Shown here: one piece after another, positions 1-10,639 of the stretch | Layout of the letters: every line of letters starts with the position of its first letter | Numbering within the stretch: the stretch's first letter is position 1 | From: an uncultured Burkholderiaceae bacterium | Lineage (GTDB): Bacteria; Pseudomonadota; Gammaproteobacteria; Burkholderiales; Burkholderiaceae | Assembly (NCBI GenBank): GCA_966212325.1 | Contig: CBIHRA010000010.1 | Coordinates: forward strand, 59,544 to 123,543 | DNA: 64,000 nucleotides | Direction of reading: 5' to 3' | Notes under the pieces: model-generated | What the model was told of the DNA's origin: nothing | Databases searched by the model: none | What the model saw: only the letters and a program-made list of their open reading frames with translations | Made by a program: the position numbers and the translations under genes

Positions 1-2
1 GG

Positions 3-656
3 AACAACCTCACGAATCCGAATCAAATCGAGGTGGACCAACTGCTGCGCGTCGCGCCCCCCGGTGCGAACGCGGCGGCGATGACGCCGGGCGTGGCTAC
101 GGCGCCGGTGACCAACGGCGGCGCAGTGCAAGGCGCGCCGCTTGCACCCTCGACGGCCAGCGCAGCGGCTGCCCCGGCGACGAACGGCGCCGTGCCGCCG
201 ACTTACGGCTCGGCCCCCGGTTCGACGGCTACGACGATTCCGCCTCAGCCGGCGAGCGTCGCGCCTTCGAGCTCCACGCTCGGCGACGGCAGCGTTGCCT
301 TTTCGTGGCCGGTGCGCGGGAACATCCTGAACACGTTCGACGAGAACAGCAACAAGGGCCTCAACATCGCGGGCACGCCCGGTGAGGCCGTGAAGGCCGC
401 CGCCGACGGGCGCGTCGTCTATGCCGGAAATGGGCTGCGCGGATACGGCAATCTCATTATCATCAAACACAACGCGATGTATCTCACCGCCTATGCACAT
501 AACCGCGCTTTGATGGTAAAAGAGGGGGACGCGGTGACGAAAGGGCAGAAGATCGCCGAAATGGGCAACAGCGATTCAGACCGCGTGATGCTGCACTTTG
601 AGATCCGCCGACAGGGCAAACCTGTCGATCCGATGAAATACTTGCCGCCGCAATAA
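3..656 (+). CDS. nlpD: Murein hydrolase activator NlpD (LysM plus LytM/M23-like domain); 5' end cut by window edge
   Basis: The frame is open from base 3 (NNLTNPNQIEVDQLLRV is a LysM tail). The C-terminus GLNIAG..DGRVVYAGNGLRGYGNLIIIKHN..LTAYAHN..LHFEIRRQGKPVDPMKYL closely matches E. coli NlpD. It lies directly upstream of rpoS. Confidence 0.92.
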   Translation, partial: NNLTNPNQIEVDQLLRVAPPGANAAAMTPGVATAPVTNGGAVQGAPLAPSTASAAAAPATNGAVPPTYGSAPGSTATTIPPQPASVAPSSSTLGDGSVAFSWPVRGNILNTFDENSNKGLNIAGTPGEAVKAAADGRVVYAGNGLRGYGNLIIIKHNAMYLTAYAHNRALMVKEGDAVTKGQKIAEMGNSDSDRVMLHFEIRRQGKPVDPMKYLPPQ

Positions 657-667
657 GCGATACGACC

Positions 668-1768
668 ATGCCGACATCGAAGCGCCGCAAGCAGCACGCC
701 GAAACGGACACGCATAGCCGCGTCACGCACGACCTGGCGCACGATGCCGGCGCTTCGACGGCCGAGCCCGAGGAAGAGTCGGCGGAGTCTGAATCGGAGT
801 TCGAGGCGGACGCGGCATCGGACGAGGCGGAAGAGGGCAGCGAGGCGCGAGAGGGCGCGGCCCCCGAGCCCGGGCCGGATCCCGACGATTTTCGGGCGCT
901 GCTGCAGGCCGAGTTGACGGCGGACACGATTCAGCACTACCTGAATCGCATCAGCGTCAAGCCCCTGTTGACGGTCGAGGAAGAGCAGCGTTACTCGAGG
1001 CTGGCCAAGGCGGGCGAGTTCGAGGCGCGGCAGGTGATGATCGAACGCAATCTGCGCCTAGTCGTCAGCATCGCCAAAGGTTATCTGAATCGCGGCGTTC
1101 CGCTGCTCGATTTGATCGAAGAAGGCAATCTCGGTCTCATGCATGCGATCGAGAAATTCGATCCCACGCGCGGCTTCCGTTTCTCGACCTATGCGACCTG
1201 GTGGATCCGCCAAAGCATCGAACGGGCGATCATGAACCAGGCGCGGACGGTGCGGCTGCCCGTGCATGTCATCCGTGAACTGAACCAGGTGCTGCGCGCA
1301 AAGCGCCATCTGGAAAAGAATTCGATGAATTCGGGCGAAGCCGTCGAGCGCCGCGATGCGAGTATCGACGACATCGCTTACCTGACGGGCAAGACGACCG
1401 ACGAAGTGACCGATATCCTCGCGCTGAACGAGCATACGGCTTCGCTCGACGCGCCGCTCGACCTCGATCCCGCCAGCAGCCTGCTCGATCTGCTCTCCGA
1501 CGATCAAAGCCAATCGCCCGACGCCGAAGTTCAGCATCGGGAGTTGGAAACGCTGACGCGGGCTTGGCTGTCGAGGCTCTCGGACAAACATCGGCACGTC
1601 ATCGAGCGGCGCTTCGGCCTCAATCATATCGAGCCCGCGACGCTCGAGGAGTTGGCCGACGAAATGGGTCTCACTCGGGAACGGGTGAGGCAGATTCAGC
1701 AGGAAGCGCTCGTGCGCTTGAAGCGATTTTTCGCGTCCAACGGCGTGCGTAAGGACGCGGTGCTCTAA
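668..1768 (+). CDS. rpoS: RNA polymerase sigma factor RpoS (sigma-38) with a long acidic N-terminal extension
   Basis: Sigma-70 family regions 2-4 are present (FSTYATWWIRQSIERAI; region 4.2 LTRERVRQIQQEALVRLK). It shows the classic nlpD-rpoS adjacency and an ATG at 668. Confidence 0.93.
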   Translation: MPTSKRRKQHAETDTHSRVTHDLAHDAGASTAEPEEESAESESEFEADAASDEAEEGSEAREGAAPEPGPDPDDFRALLQAELTADTIQHYLNRISVKPLLTVEEEQRYSRLAKAGEFEARQVMIERNLRLVVSIAKGYLNRGVPLLDLIEEGNLGLMHAIEKFDPTRGFRFSTYATWWIRQSIERAIMNQARTVRLPVHVIRELNQVLRAKRHLEKNSMNSGEAVERRDASIDDIAYLTGKTTDEVTDILALNEHTASLDAPLDLDPASSLLDLLSDDQSQSPDAEVQHRELETLTRAWLSRLSDKHRHVIERRFGLNHIEPATLEELADEMGLTRERVRQIQQEALVRLKRFFASNGVRKDAVL

Positions 1769-1774
1769 CATTTC

Positions 1775-2584
1775 ATGATTCCGATTCTCGTTTTCGACAT
1801 CGAGACGATTCCCGATGTCGCGGGCATTCGCCGTCTCGACGATTTGCCCGATTCGATGAGCGATGCCGACGTGGCCAGCCATGCGTTCGCCGCACGCCGC
1901 GAAAAAACCGGCAGCGATTTCCTGCCGCACCATCTGCAGCGCGTGGCCGCGATCTCTTGCGTATTTCGCGACCGCACCGGGCTGCGCGTGCGCTCGCTCG
2001 GCACGGCCGAGGACGGCGAAGCGGCGCTGATTCAATCGTTTTACCGCGTCATCGAAAAGTACACGCCGCAACTCGTGTCGTGGAACGGCGGGGGGTTCGA
2101 TCTACCCGTACTGCATTATCGCGCGCTCGTCCACGGCATTCCCGCGTCGCGCTATTGGGACCTGGGCGAAGACGATCGCGACTTCAAGTGGAACAACTAC
2201 ATCAGCCGGTACCATTCGCGCCATACCGACTTGATGGACGTGTTGGCCATGTATCAAGCGCGCGCCAATGCGCCGCTCGACGCGCTGGCCAAGTTGTGCG
2301 GTTTCCCGGGCAAGCTCGGTATGGATGGCGGCCAGGTATGGGATGCTTTTCGCGAAGGCCGGATCGAAGAAATCCGCAACTATTGCGAAACCGACGTCGT
2401 CAACACGTACCTGCTTTACTGCCGCTTCCAACTGATGCGCGGCGCCTTTTCCGCCGATGAGTACGCAGATGAGATTGCGTTCGTCAAACAAACGCTGGCG
2501 CAAGAAAGCGCGCCTCATTGGGCCGAGTACTTGGCCGCGTTTGCTTCGCCGGCCATATCCGGCGCCGATGCGCCTGCGCCCTGA
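1775..2584 (+). CDS. Stand-alone 3'-5' exonuclease related to the PolB exonuclease domain (RNase H-like fold)
   Basis: ExoI-like FDIET, ExoII-like NGGGFDLPVL and ExoIII-like YCETDV motifs are present, with no polymerase domain. It starts 6 bp after the rpoS stop. Confidence 0.75.
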   Translation: MIPILVFDIETIPDVAGIRRLDDLPDSMSDADVASHAFAARREKTGSDFLPHHLQRVAAISCVFRDRTGLRVRSLGTAEDGEAALIQSFYRVIEKYTPQLVSWNGGGFDLPVLHYRALVHGIPASRYWDLGEDDRDFKWNNYISRYHSRHTDLMDVLAMYQARANAPLDALAKLCGFPGKLGMDGGQVWDAFREGRIEEIRNYCETDVVNTYLLYCRFQLMRGAFSADEYADEIAFVKQTLAQESAPHWAEYLAAFASPAISGADAPAP

Positions 2585-2645
2585 AACGGTGCAGTTGGCG
2601 CTCGATCCGCTCGTTTGCGCCGATTCGAAGCGTGCAATTCAATCG

Positions 2646-3500
2646 TCAAGCTATCTCCAGCACGAGCGGCTGATGGTCGGAGGCTTGCGTCGCTCCGTCG
2701 ACTTCGCAGCTTCGTAGGCTGTCGCGCAAGTCCTCCGTAACGAACACGAAATCGCACGTCAACGGCCCGTCGCTCCACTGCTGCGTGTCGTACACGCCGG
2801 CCGTCGGCGGCGGCGTCGCACCGGGATGCAAGGCCGTCCATGCATCGATGAAGTCGGGCGAGCCTTCCAGCGGTGCGATGAATCGCCGGTACGCTTCCGA
2901 CCCGAACGCGCTGTTGAAATCGCCGCACACGATCGCACTGATCGGCCGCGCCGTCGGTGCGAACGGCCCCGACGCGTTCTCGGCCGGCGCGGGATGGGCC
3001 GCGTGATCGGCGGCCTCTTGCTGCAATCGCCGCAATTCATCGACCTGCGCGAGGCGCTGCTTCAGCGAATAAAACTCGAGGTGCGTGACGATGATCCGAA
3101 GGGGGCCTCGGCTCGTCCGGACGACGGCTTCCAGCGCGACGCGCTGCATCGACGGGGCAGCGGCGTCGGCAGGCCACGGCAGGGAATGGCGGATCGCCAT
3201 CGAGACGGGCAAGCGTGTCACGATGGCATTGCCGAACTGGCGGCGCTGCGGCGAGCCGTCCGACGCCGGTAAATCGGCGCCGATTGCGTCGAGCACCGTA
3301 TAGCCTGGCAGGGCGCGCGCGATTTCGGCGAACTGATCCGGCCCCGGCCCGCCCGGCAGAGCGCCGAATCCGCGCGTGACTTCTTGCATGCAGAGCACGT
3401 CGAAATCGCAAAGACGGCGTGCTTCACCGAGGGTTCGATCGAGATCGACGCGGCCGCCGGCGTCGCGCCCCCATTGCACGTTCCAACTCACGAGCTTCAC
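2646..3500 (-). CDS. Endonuclease/exonuclease/phosphatase (EEP) family protein
   Basis: N-terminus [19 protein letters not shown] and C-terminal [10 protein letters not shown] are EEP hallmarks. The GTG start at 3500 is preceded by GGAGGA. Confidence 0.8.
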   Translation of the reverse strand: MKLVSWNVQWGRDAGGRVDLDRTLGEARRLCDFDVLCMQEVTRGFGALPGGPGPDQFAEIARALPGYTVLDAIGADLPASDGSPQRRQFGNAIVTRLPVSMAIRHSLPWPADAAAPSMQRVALEAVVRTSRGPLRIIVTHLEFYSLKQRLAQVDELRRLQQEAADHAAHPAPAENASGPFAPTARPISAIVCGDFNSAFGSEAYRRFIAPLEGSPDFIDAWTALHPGATPPPTAGVYDTQQWSDGPLTCDFVFVTEDLRDSLRSCEVDGATQASDHQPLVLEIA

Positions 3501-3552
3501 TATCGTCCTCCGTTGCAGTGCGCGCTTCGTCTACAATCTCGCCTTTCGTTCC

Positions 3553-4968
3553 ATGTCCGTCAGGAAGCCGCAGGTGTCCGAATCTCCTCGTAGTATCGCG
3601 CGTCGCAGCCGCAGCGGCGCTTCGCCCGTCGTTTCGCCCGCCATCGAAATCCATTCGCTCGACGTGGAGGCGCGCGGCGTCGGCCGGTTGACGACCGGAG
3701 AGGGCGAGCCCGGCAAGGTCATTTTCGTCGAGGGCGCTTTGCCCGGCGAGCGCGTCACGTACTCGAGCTACCGGAAAAAGCCGAGCTACGAACAAGCCGA
3801 GGTCGTCGATATATTGCGTCCCAGCGCCATGCGCACCACGCCGCAATGCAAGTTTTTCGGGACCTGCGGCGGCTGCTCCATGCAGCATCTGGACGAACGG
3901 GCGCAAGTCGCCATCAAGCAACGCGTGCTCGAAGACAACCTCTGGCACTTGGCGAAGGTGCGGGCCGAGACCGTCTTCAGGCCAATTCACGGCCCATCCT
4001 GGGGGTATCGTTACCGTGCACGGCTGACAGTGCGTCACGTTGCAAAAAAGGGCGGAGTGCTCGTCGGTTTCCATGAAAGAAAGAGCAGCTTCGTTGCCGA
4101 TATGACGAGCTGCGAAGTCTTGCCGCCGCACGTCTCCGCGATGCTCGTGCCGCTGCGGGCGCTCGTCGAACGTTTGTCGATCCGAGACCGGCTGCCCCAG
4201 ATCGAATTGGCCGTGGGTTCGAGCGTCACGGCCTTGGTCCTGCGCGTGCTGGAGCCCATGACGGCAGAGGACGAAGCGCATGTGCGCGCGTTCGCCGATG
4301 AACATGGCGTTCAGTTTTGGGTTCAGCCGAAGGGGCCCGACACGGCGGTGCCGTTTTATCCGCTCGACGTGCAGCTCGACTATACGTTGCCCGAGTTCGG
4401 GATTCGGATGCCCTTCAAGCCGACCGATTTCACGCAAGTCAATCATGCGATCAATCGCGTTCTGGTTGGCCGCGCACTGCGCCTGCTGTCGCCGAGGCGG
4501 TCCGATCGGGTGCTCGACCTGTTTTGCGGGTTGGGCAATTTCACGTTGCCGCTGGCGCGTCTGGCGCGCGAGGTGGTCGGCATCGAAGGCAGCGAGGCAC
4601 TGACGGCCCGCGCGCTGGCGAATGCGAAAGTCAACGGTGTCGATCGGCATACGTCGTTCGCCTGCCGTAACTTGTTCGACGTGACGCCCGATGATTTACG
4701 TGCGCTCGGGCCTTTCGACAAATTTCTGATCGATCCCCCGCGCGAGGGCGCCCTCGCCGTATCGAAGGCGTTGGCGCAGATCGCGCAAAGCGGGGAAGGA
4801 TCGCTGCCCGGCCGAATCGTCTATGTGTCGTGCAATCCGGCGACGCTCGCGCGCGACGCCGGCTTGCTCGTGCATGAGGCCGGCTATCGGCTTAAAGGGG
4901 CCGGTGTGGTCAACATGTTCCCCCATACGTCGCACGTCGAGTCGATGGCGCTGTTCGAGCGCGATTGA
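3553..4968 (+). CDS. rlmD: 23S rRNA (uracil1939-C5)-methyltransferase RlmD (RumA)
   Basis: It has a TRAM-like N-terminus, the Fe-S cysteine cluster [14 protein letters not shown], and SAM-MTase motifs ([15 protein letters not shown]; [12 protein letters not shown]). The start is placed at ATG 3553. The longer ORF from 3376 overlaps the divergent EEP gene. Confidence 0.88.
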   Translation: MSVRKPQVSESPRSIARRSRSGASPVVSPAIEIHSLDVEARGVGRLTTGEGEPGKVIFVEGALPGERVTYSSYRKKPSYEQAEVVDILRPSAMRTTPQCKFFGTCGGCSMQHLDERAQVAIKQRVLEDNLWHLAKVRAETVFRPIHGPSWGYRYRARLTVRHVAKKGGVLVGFHERKSSFVADMTSCEVLPPHVSAMLVPLRALVERLSIRDRLPQIELAVGSSVTALVLRVLEPMTAEDEAHVRAFADEHGVQFWVQPKGPDTAVPFYPLDVQLDYTLPEFGIRMPFKPTDFTQVNHAINRVLVGRALRLLSPRRSDRVLDLFCGLGNFTLPLARLAREVVGIEGSEALTARALANAKVNGVDRHTSFACRNLFDVTPDDLRALGPFDKFLIDPPREGALAVSKALAQIAQSGEGSLPGRIVYVSCNPATLARDAGLLVHEAGYRLKGAGVVNMFPHTSHVESMALFERD

Positions 4969-5084
4969 CGTTTCTCATCGGGACGGCTTGTCTCCGGCAA
5001 CGCGGAGCGCCGAAAGAACGCAGCTTGGCGGGATGTGGGGGCGGGAGGCGGAGCCGGTAGCCGCAAGGGCGGGACGGCCTAGTG

Positions 5085-5140
5085 GCCGACGACTGGGGGC
5101 CGACGACTGCGGGCGACGACTGGGGGCCGAGGACGGCGGG
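5085..5140. repeat. Imperfect 13-15-bp tandem repeat x4 (GCCGACGACTGGGGG-like)
   Basis: Read directly. It lies in the gap between convergent rlmD and the BI-1 gene. Confidence 0.85.
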
Positions 5141-5246
5141 CTGGCGGCTGCGCGGCTTGCAGCGCGCTGGCAGACATAGCGGGGATTCGGCGGCGGGCAG
5201 GGCCGCCGAACGGGGAATGCGGGGGGCGTTGCTGCCCCCAGGTGCA

Positions 5247-5945
5247 TCAGTTGCGGTTGCCGCCGAAAATGCCCAGCAACGAGAGCAGATTCACGAACAC
5301 GTTGTACAGATCCAGGTAGATCGCAAGCGTGGCCGTGATGTAGTTGGTCTCGCCGCCGTTGACGATGCGTTGCACGTCGAACAGCATGTAGGCCGAGAAA
5401 ATGACGATCGCAAGCACCGAAACGGTCAGCATGAGGGCCGGAAGGTGCAGGAACATGTTCGCCACCCCGGCCAGCAGGATGACGATCACGCCCATGAACA
5501 ACCACTGGCCGAGGCCCGAGAAATCGCGCTTGCTGACCGTGGCGATCGTGGCCATCGCCGCGAAGATCACCGCCGTGCCGCCGAACGCGAGCATGATCAG
5601 CGACGCGCCGTTCGAGAAGTGCAGGATGAGCGTCAGCAGCCGCGAGAGCATCAGGCCCATGAAGAACGTGAAGCCTAGCAGCACGAGCACGCCGATCGAG
5701 CTTTCCTTCGTACGCTCGATCGCGAACATGAAGCCGAACGCGATCGCGAAGAACGCGAAAAGGCTCATCACAGGGCTCGTGGCCGCAAACAGCGAGAATC
5801 CGCTCACCACGCCGAGCCAGGCGCCGATGACCGTCGGCACCATCGACAGTGCGAGCAGCCAATAGGTGTTCCGTAGCACGCGGTTGCGGGTGGCCGCCGA
5901 GCCGACGGCCCCGCCGCGGGCGACGTTGTACGGATAGTCGTTCAT
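5247..5945 (-). CDS. Bax inhibitor-1/YccA family inner-membrane protein
   Basis: A multi-TM protein starting MNDYPYNV.. and ending ..LLSLLGIFGGNRN, typical of the BI-1/YccA family. ATG 5945 is preceded by AAGGAGA. Confidence 0.85.
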   Translation of the reverse strand: MNDYPYNVARGGAVGSAATRNRVLRNTYWLLALSMVPTVIGAWLGVVSGFSLFAATSPVMSLFAFFAIAFGFMFAIERTKESSIGVLVLLGFTFFMGLMLSRLLTLILHFSNGASLIMLAFGGTAVIFAAMATIATVSKRDFSGLGQWLFMGVIVILLAGVANMFLHLPALMLTVSVLAIVIFSAYMLFDVQRIVNGGETNYITATLAIYLDLYNVFVNLLSLLGIFGGNRN

Positions 5946-6130
5946 GCTTTCTCCTTGCGTAAAAACGCACTCGAACTGGGACTCGCTCGACTGGCCCGGC
6001 GATAAGCCGCGCACATGGGCTGCCCGTTACCTAAGATTGGCCTGATCGGCGCGAGTTTCAAGCGCCGCCCGCGCATTTCGCGCGACCTTGCGCCGCCTTG
6101 AGGGATCGATCGCAATCATACACTGGAACA

Positions 6131-6139
6131 TGCTACAAT
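6131..6139 (+). promoter_or_regulatory. Candidate extended -10 promoter element (TGcTACAAT) upstream of ndk
   Basis: The motif lies about 47 nt upstream of the ndk ATG. There is no clear -35. Confidence 0.3.
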
Positions 6140-6185
6140 TGCAGATTCGTTAGAATCCGTAACCCCTTAATTTTTTGGAGTTTTT

Positions 6186-6611
6186 ATGGCGATCGAGCGT
6201 ACTCTGTCGATTATCAAGCCCGATGCAGTGGCGAAAAACGTGATTGGCCAGATCTACAGCCGCTTCGAAAACGCAGGCCTCAAAATCGTTGCGTCGCGCA
6301 TGGCGCAACTTTCGCGCGCCGACGCGGAAAAATTCTACGCCGTGCACGCCGCGCGCCCGTTCTTCAAGGATCTCGTGGAATTCATGATCTCGGGCCCGGT
6401 CATGGTGCAGGTGCTCGAAGGCGAAAACGCCATTTTGAAGAACCGCGACCTGATGGGCGCGACCGATCCGAAGAAGGCCGATAAGGGCACGATCCGCGCC
6501 GACTTCGCCGACAGCATCGATGCGAACGCCGTGCACGGCTCGGACGCAGCGGAAACGGCGGCCGTCGAAATCGCGTTCTTCTTCCCGGAAATCAACGTTT
6601 ACTCGCGCTGA
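6186..6611 (+). CDS. ndk: Nucleoside diphosphate kinase
   Basis: [15 protein letters not shown]...NAVHGSD (active-site His) matches over the full length. GGAG lies upstream of the ATG. Confidence 0.97.
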   Translation: MAIERTLSIIKPDAVAKNVIGQIYSRFENAGLKIVASRMAQLSRADAEKFYAVHAARPFFKDLVEFMISGPVMVQVLEGENAILKNRDLMGATDPKKADKGTIRADFADSIDANAVHGSDAAETAAVEIAFFFPEINVYSR

Positions 6612-6728
6612 TCGCCGGACCATACGTCCGCGAATCGATGCTTGGCGCGAGTGGCCCGCCAGGCGTGGCGTCGCGCTTTCCGCGCGACGCGCCGCCGGGC
6701 GGGTCGCATTGAAATAGCAGGATCCGAC

Positions 6729-7886
6729 ATGACGAGCAGCACCTCCGTCAATCTTCTGGACTTCGACGCCGCGGGGCTCGTCGCCTATTGCGACAGCCTC
6801 GGCGAGAAGGCGTTTCGCGCCAAGCAGTTGCAGCGCTGGATTCACCAGTACAACGCCGCCGATTTCGACGGCATGACCGATCTCGCCAAGTCGCTGCGCA
6901 CGAAGCTGAAGGAACGCGCCGCGATCGTGATGCCGCCCGTGGTCAGCGATCACGTGTCGGCCGACGGTACGCGCAAGTGGCTCGTCGACGTCGGTAACGG
7001 CAACGCCGTGGAAACGGTGTTCATTCCCGAAGAGACTCGCGGCACGCTCTGCGTGTCGTCGCAGGCCGGCTGCGCCGTCAATTGCCGGTTTTGTTCGACG
7101 GGAAAGCAAGGCTTTTCCCGCAATTTGACGACGGCCGAAATCATCGGCCAACTGCGGATGGCGGAATTCGCGCTGCGGGCCGCCCTCGGCCGCCCGCACG
7201 CACCGGACAACAAGGGCGAGCGCGTCATTACCAACGTGGTGATGATGGGCATGGGCGAACCGCTGCTCAACTATGACGCGCTGGTGCCCGCGCTGCGGCT
7301 GATGCTCGACGACAACGCTTACGGCCTGTCGCGCCGCCGCGTGACGGTCTCGACGTCGGGCGTGGTTCCGATGATGGATCGGCTCGGCGCCGATTTGCCG
7401 GTTGCATTGGCAGTATCGCTGCATGCGCCCAACGATGCATTGCGCGACATGCTCGTGCCGCTGAACAAGAAGTATCCTCTGCGCGAGCTGATGAGCGCGT
7501 GCCGGCGCTATCTCGCTGTGGCGCCGCGCGATTTCATCACGTTCGAGTACTGCATGCTCGACGATGTGAACGATACCGAAGCCCACGCACGCGAGTTGCT
7601 CGCGCTGACGGCCGACGTGCCGTGCAAATTCAACTTGATTCCGTTCAACCCGTTTCCGGAGTCGGGCCTCGTGCGGTCCAAGGCCGAACGAATCAAACGT
7701 TTCGCTCAGATTCTGATCGATGCCGGCATCGTCACGACCGTGCGCAAGACGCGCGGCGACGATATCGATGCCGCCTGCGGTCAACTCGCGGGCGCCGTGA
7801 AAGACCGCACGCGCGTGGCGGAAAGAATGAGCCGTACCGCGAACGGCGCGGCGGGGAAAGTGATCGAAGTCAGGCCTGTGCGCTGA
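6729..7886 (+). CDS. rlmN: Dual-specificity 23S rRNA/tRNA A-C2 methyltransferase RlmN (radical SAM)
   Basis: Radical-SAM motif [18 protein letters not shown] is present and the ndk-rlmN-rodZ synteny is conserved. The start is set at ATG 6729. Confidence 0.92.
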   Translation: MTSSTSVNLLDFDAAGLVAYCDSLGEKAFRAKQLQRWIHQYNAADFDGMTDLAKSLRTKLKERAAIVMPPVVSDHVSADGTRKWLVDVGNGNAVETVFIPEETRGTLCVSSQAGCAVNCRFCSTGKQGFSRNLTTAEIIGQLRMAEFALRAALGRPHAPDNKGERVITNVVMMGMGEPLLNYDALVPALRLMLDDNAYGLSRRRVTVSTSGVVPMMDRLGADLPVALAVSLHAPNDALRDMLVPLNKKYPLRELMSACRRYLAVAPRDFITFEYCMLDDVNDTEAHARELLALTADVPCKFNLIPFNPFPESGLVRSKAERIKRFAQILIDAGIVTTVRKTRGDDIDAACGQLAGAVKDRTRVAERMSRTANGAAGKVIEVRPVR

Positions 7887-8074
7887 AGCGCCGGGCGCAA
7901 ATTGGCGGTAGAAGAGATCGAAGTCGCGGCGCTCGGGCGGCGCGCAGCATGAAGGGGGCGGCGCCGCGTGCGGGCCGCCATGCAGTAGTGAGTCAGACGG
8001 TCCGCGCAGCGAAGGCAGCGAACATGCCGAGCGAGGCGCGGAGAGGAAAAAGAGAATCGACGCGAGGATCAGGG

Positions 8075-9223
8075 ATGAGTGAGCCGCAGCATCCGCAATC
8101 AGAAGGCGCGCAGACGAGCGCGGGGCGTTCGGGCGCCGGGGAAAGCGCCGCGCCGCAGACGGCGCCCGGCGGCGCATATGCGCCGCTCGACTCGCTCGCC
8201 GCGGTCGGCGCGCGTCTGGCGCAATTGCGGGAAGCGAAGGGCTGGTCCGTCGACGACGTATCGGCGCGGTTGAAAGTTGCACCTAACAAAATGCGCGCGC
8301 TCGAGGCCGGCGACATCAGCCAGTTGCCGGGCACGACGTTCGCGCTCGGCGTCATTCGCAGCTATGCCAAGATGCTCGGTACCGATCCCGAACCCTTTGC
8401 TCAGGCGCTGCGTCGCGTCAAAGGGGAGCCGGAGCCCGATTTGTCGATGCCCGCCTCGACGGGCGGGGAACTGCCGCGCGGGCGTGTGTCCGTGTCGCTC
8501 GGCGGGACGCCGAAGCACCGATCGTGGTGGTGGGGCGTCGCCGCGGGGATCATCGTCATCGTCGCGCTGGCAATGTGGCGCCAGGGCGGCGATTCGTCGG
8601 CTTGGCTCGCGCGCCTGAAGGCCAATGCCGGCGGCATGGCGGCCAATCCGGGCGGAGCGGCGTCGGGTGCGGTGGCGCCGGGCACCGCGGTGATGGCGTC
8701 GGGTTCGATCGGCGAGCAAGCCGGGGCCGCATCGAGTACGGCATCGGCGCCGGACGAACAGGCGAGCGCGGCGGCGGCCGGGCAGACGAGCGGTGCCGCC
8801 ATCGCGCATCTCGAAACGACGGACGTGCCCCCCGGCGCATCCCAGCCGGCAATCGTACAGGCGATGCCCGCGGCGCCCGCTTCGGCCGTGACGTCGACGC
8901 CGCCGGCACAGGCCGGCGCGAGCGCGACCGCGCAAACGCCGGCTTCGGCCGTCTCGGCATCCGAAGCCGCGGCCGGCGCATCGACGATCGTCGTGAAGGT
9001 CTCGCAAGATAGCTGGTTCAGCGTGCGGGACAAAAACGGGAAGGAAGTCTTCTCGGGGCTCGTGCACGCCGGCGACACGAAGGAAGTGGCGGGGCAGGCG
9101 CCTTTCAAAATTACCGCGGGGAACCGCGCGGGGCTCGAATCGATGACGCTTGACGGACAACCCGTCGAAGCGGCGAAGTTCGGTCCGAACAAGGGCAACG
9201 TCGCGCATTTCACGTTGCCGTAA
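8075..9223 (+). CDS. rodZ: Cytoskeleton protein RodZ (HTH, TM, low-complexity linker, DUF4115-type C-terminal domain)
   Basis: It has an HTH region (LAQLREAKGWSVDDVSARLKV), a TM segment (WWWGVAAGIIVIVALAMW), an Ala/Ser/Pro-rich linker and a conserved C-terminal domain. ATG 8075 is preceded by GAGGA. An upstream ATG at 8024 cannot be excluded. Confidence 0.8.
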   Translation: MSEPQHPQSEGAQTSAGRSGAGESAAPQTAPGGAYAPLDSLAAVGARLAQLREAKGWSVDDVSARLKVAPNKMRALEAGDISQLPGTTFALGVIRSYAKMLGTDPEPFAQALRRVKGEPEPDLSMPASTGGELPRGRVSVSLGGTPKHRSWWWGVAAGIIVIVALAMWRQGGDSSAWLARLKANAGGMAANPGGAASGAVAPGTAVMASGSIGEQAGAASSTASAPDEQASAAAAGQTSGAAIAHLETTDVPPGASQPAIVQAMPAAPASAVTSTPPAQAGASATAQTPASAVSASEAAAGASTIVVKVSQDSWFSVRDKNGKEVFSGLVHAGDTKEVAGQAPFKITAGNRAGLESMTLDGQPVEAAKFGPNKGNVAHFTLP

Positions 9224-9316
9224 CGCACTTACGCTGCGGCGGCGCGCCGCGGCAATTTTCGTTCATTCGGGCGCGCGGCCGTTCAGATCGCCGCGCGCGC
9301 AGCGTAACCAGGATTC

Positions 9317-10621
9317 ATGGGTCTTTCGATGCCTACCGACAGCAGCAGTCAGATTTGTTCTTCCGTGCCGATTTTCGGCGGTCCCGCGAAGCGTCGCGGC
9401 TCGCACGCGGTCGACGTACGCTGGGGCGGCCAGCTCGTGACGATCGGCGGCGATGCGCCCGTTCGCATCCAGTCCATGACGAACACGGACACGGCCGACG
9501 CGATCGGCACCGCGATTCAAGTCAAAGAACTGGCGCAGGCCGGCTCGGAGCTCGTGCGGATCACCGTCAACACGCCCGAGGCCGCGCAAGCCGTGCCGGC
9601 TATTCGCGAGCAGCTCGACAGGATGGGCGTGACGGTGCCGCTCGTCGGCGATTTTCACTACAACGGCCACTTGCTGTTGCGCGACTATCCGGCGTGCGCC
9701 GAAGCGCTCTCGAAGTATCGAATCAATCCCGGCAACGTCGGGCAGGGCGCCAAGCGCGATACGCAATTCGCCCAGATGATCGAAGCTGCGATTCGTTACG
9801 ACAAGCCTGTGCGGATCGGCGTGAACTGGGGCAGCCTCGATCAGGATCTGCTCGCGCGCATGATGGACGAGAACGCCGCACGCAGCGAGCCGTGGGAAGC
9901 CCAGAGCGTCATGTACGAAGCGCTGATCCAGTCGGCCGTCGGTTCGGCCGAACGCGCCGTCGAACTTGGCTTGTCGCGAAACAAGATCATCCTGTCGTGC
10001 AAGGTGAGCGGCGTGCAGGATCTCATCGCCGTCTACCGCGAGCTCGCGCGCCGTTGCAAATTTGCGCTGCATTTGGGCTTGACCGAAGCGGGCATGGGCT
10101 CGAAGGGCATCGTCGCATCGACAGCTGCGCTCGGCGTCCTGCTGCAAGAAGGCATCGGCGACACGATCCGCATTTCGTTGACGCCGGAGCCTGGCGCGTC
10201 GCGTACGGGCGAAGTCGTGGTCGGCCAGGAAATCTTGCAGACGATGGGCCTGCGCTCGTTCACGCCGATGGTCATTGCGTGCCCCGGCTGTGGCCGCACG
10301 ACGAGCACGCTGTTCCAAGAACTGGCCTCTCAGATCCAAACCTACCTTCGGGCGCAGATGCCTGTTTGGCGCGACCAATATCCTGGCGTCGAAAAGATGC
10401 ATGTCGCCGTGATGGGCTGCATCGTCAACGGCCCGGGCGAATCGAAGCAAGCCAATATCGGCATCAGCTTGCCCGGCTCCGGAGAGAATCCGGCGGCCCC
10501 GGTGTTCATCGACGGCGAAAAGGTCAAGACGTTGCGCGGCGAGCGGATCGCCGAGGAATTCCAGCAAATCGTGAGCGATTACGTCGAACGCCGCTATGGC
10601 AGTGCCGCTGTCGCGAATTAA
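9317..10621 (+). CDS. ispG: 4-hydroxy-3-methylbut-2-enyl-diphosphate synthase IspG (GcpE)
   Basis: Full-length similarity to GcpE ([31 protein letters not shown]) and conserved position before hisS. Confidence 0.95.
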   Translation: MGLSMPTDSSSQICSSVPIFGGPAKRRGSHAVDVRWGGQLVTIGGDAPVRIQSMTNTDTADAIGTAIQVKELAQAGSELVRITVNTPEAAQAVPAIREQLDRMGVTVPLVGDFHYNGHLLLRDYPACAEALSKYRINPGNVGQGAKRDTQFAQMIEAAIRYDKPVRIGVNWGSLDQDLLARMMDENAARSEPWEAQSVMYEALIQSAVGSAERAVELGLSRNKIILSCKVSGVQDLIAVYRELARRCKFALHLGLTEAGMGSKGIVASTAALGVLLQEGIGDTIRISLTPEPGASRTGEVVVGQEILQTMGLRSFTPMVIACPGCGRTTSTLFQELASQIQTYLRAQMPVWRDQYPGVEKMHVAVMGCIVNGPGESKQANIGISLPGSGENPAAPVFIDGEKVKTLRGERIAEEFQQIVSDYVERRYGSAAVAN

Positions 10622-10639
10622 AGATCGAACCGAACCACG

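Noticed and set aside
7499-8074. A long N-terminal extension of the rodZ ORF (574 aa in the track), and similar extensions of rlmD (3376), phaC (34734), phaR (38818), metC (42279), fetA (47243), potG (55560) and potH (56783)
   Set aside because: The extensions overlap the preceding genes in another frame and are Arg-rich. Internal ATGs with SD-like sequences give proteins whose N-termini match the families.
6150-8282. A 710-aa ORF antisense to ndk, rlmN and the rodZ start
   Set aside because: It is Arg/Ala/His-rich, matches no family, and is fully antisense to genes with unambiguous homology. This is a typical high-GC shadow ORF.
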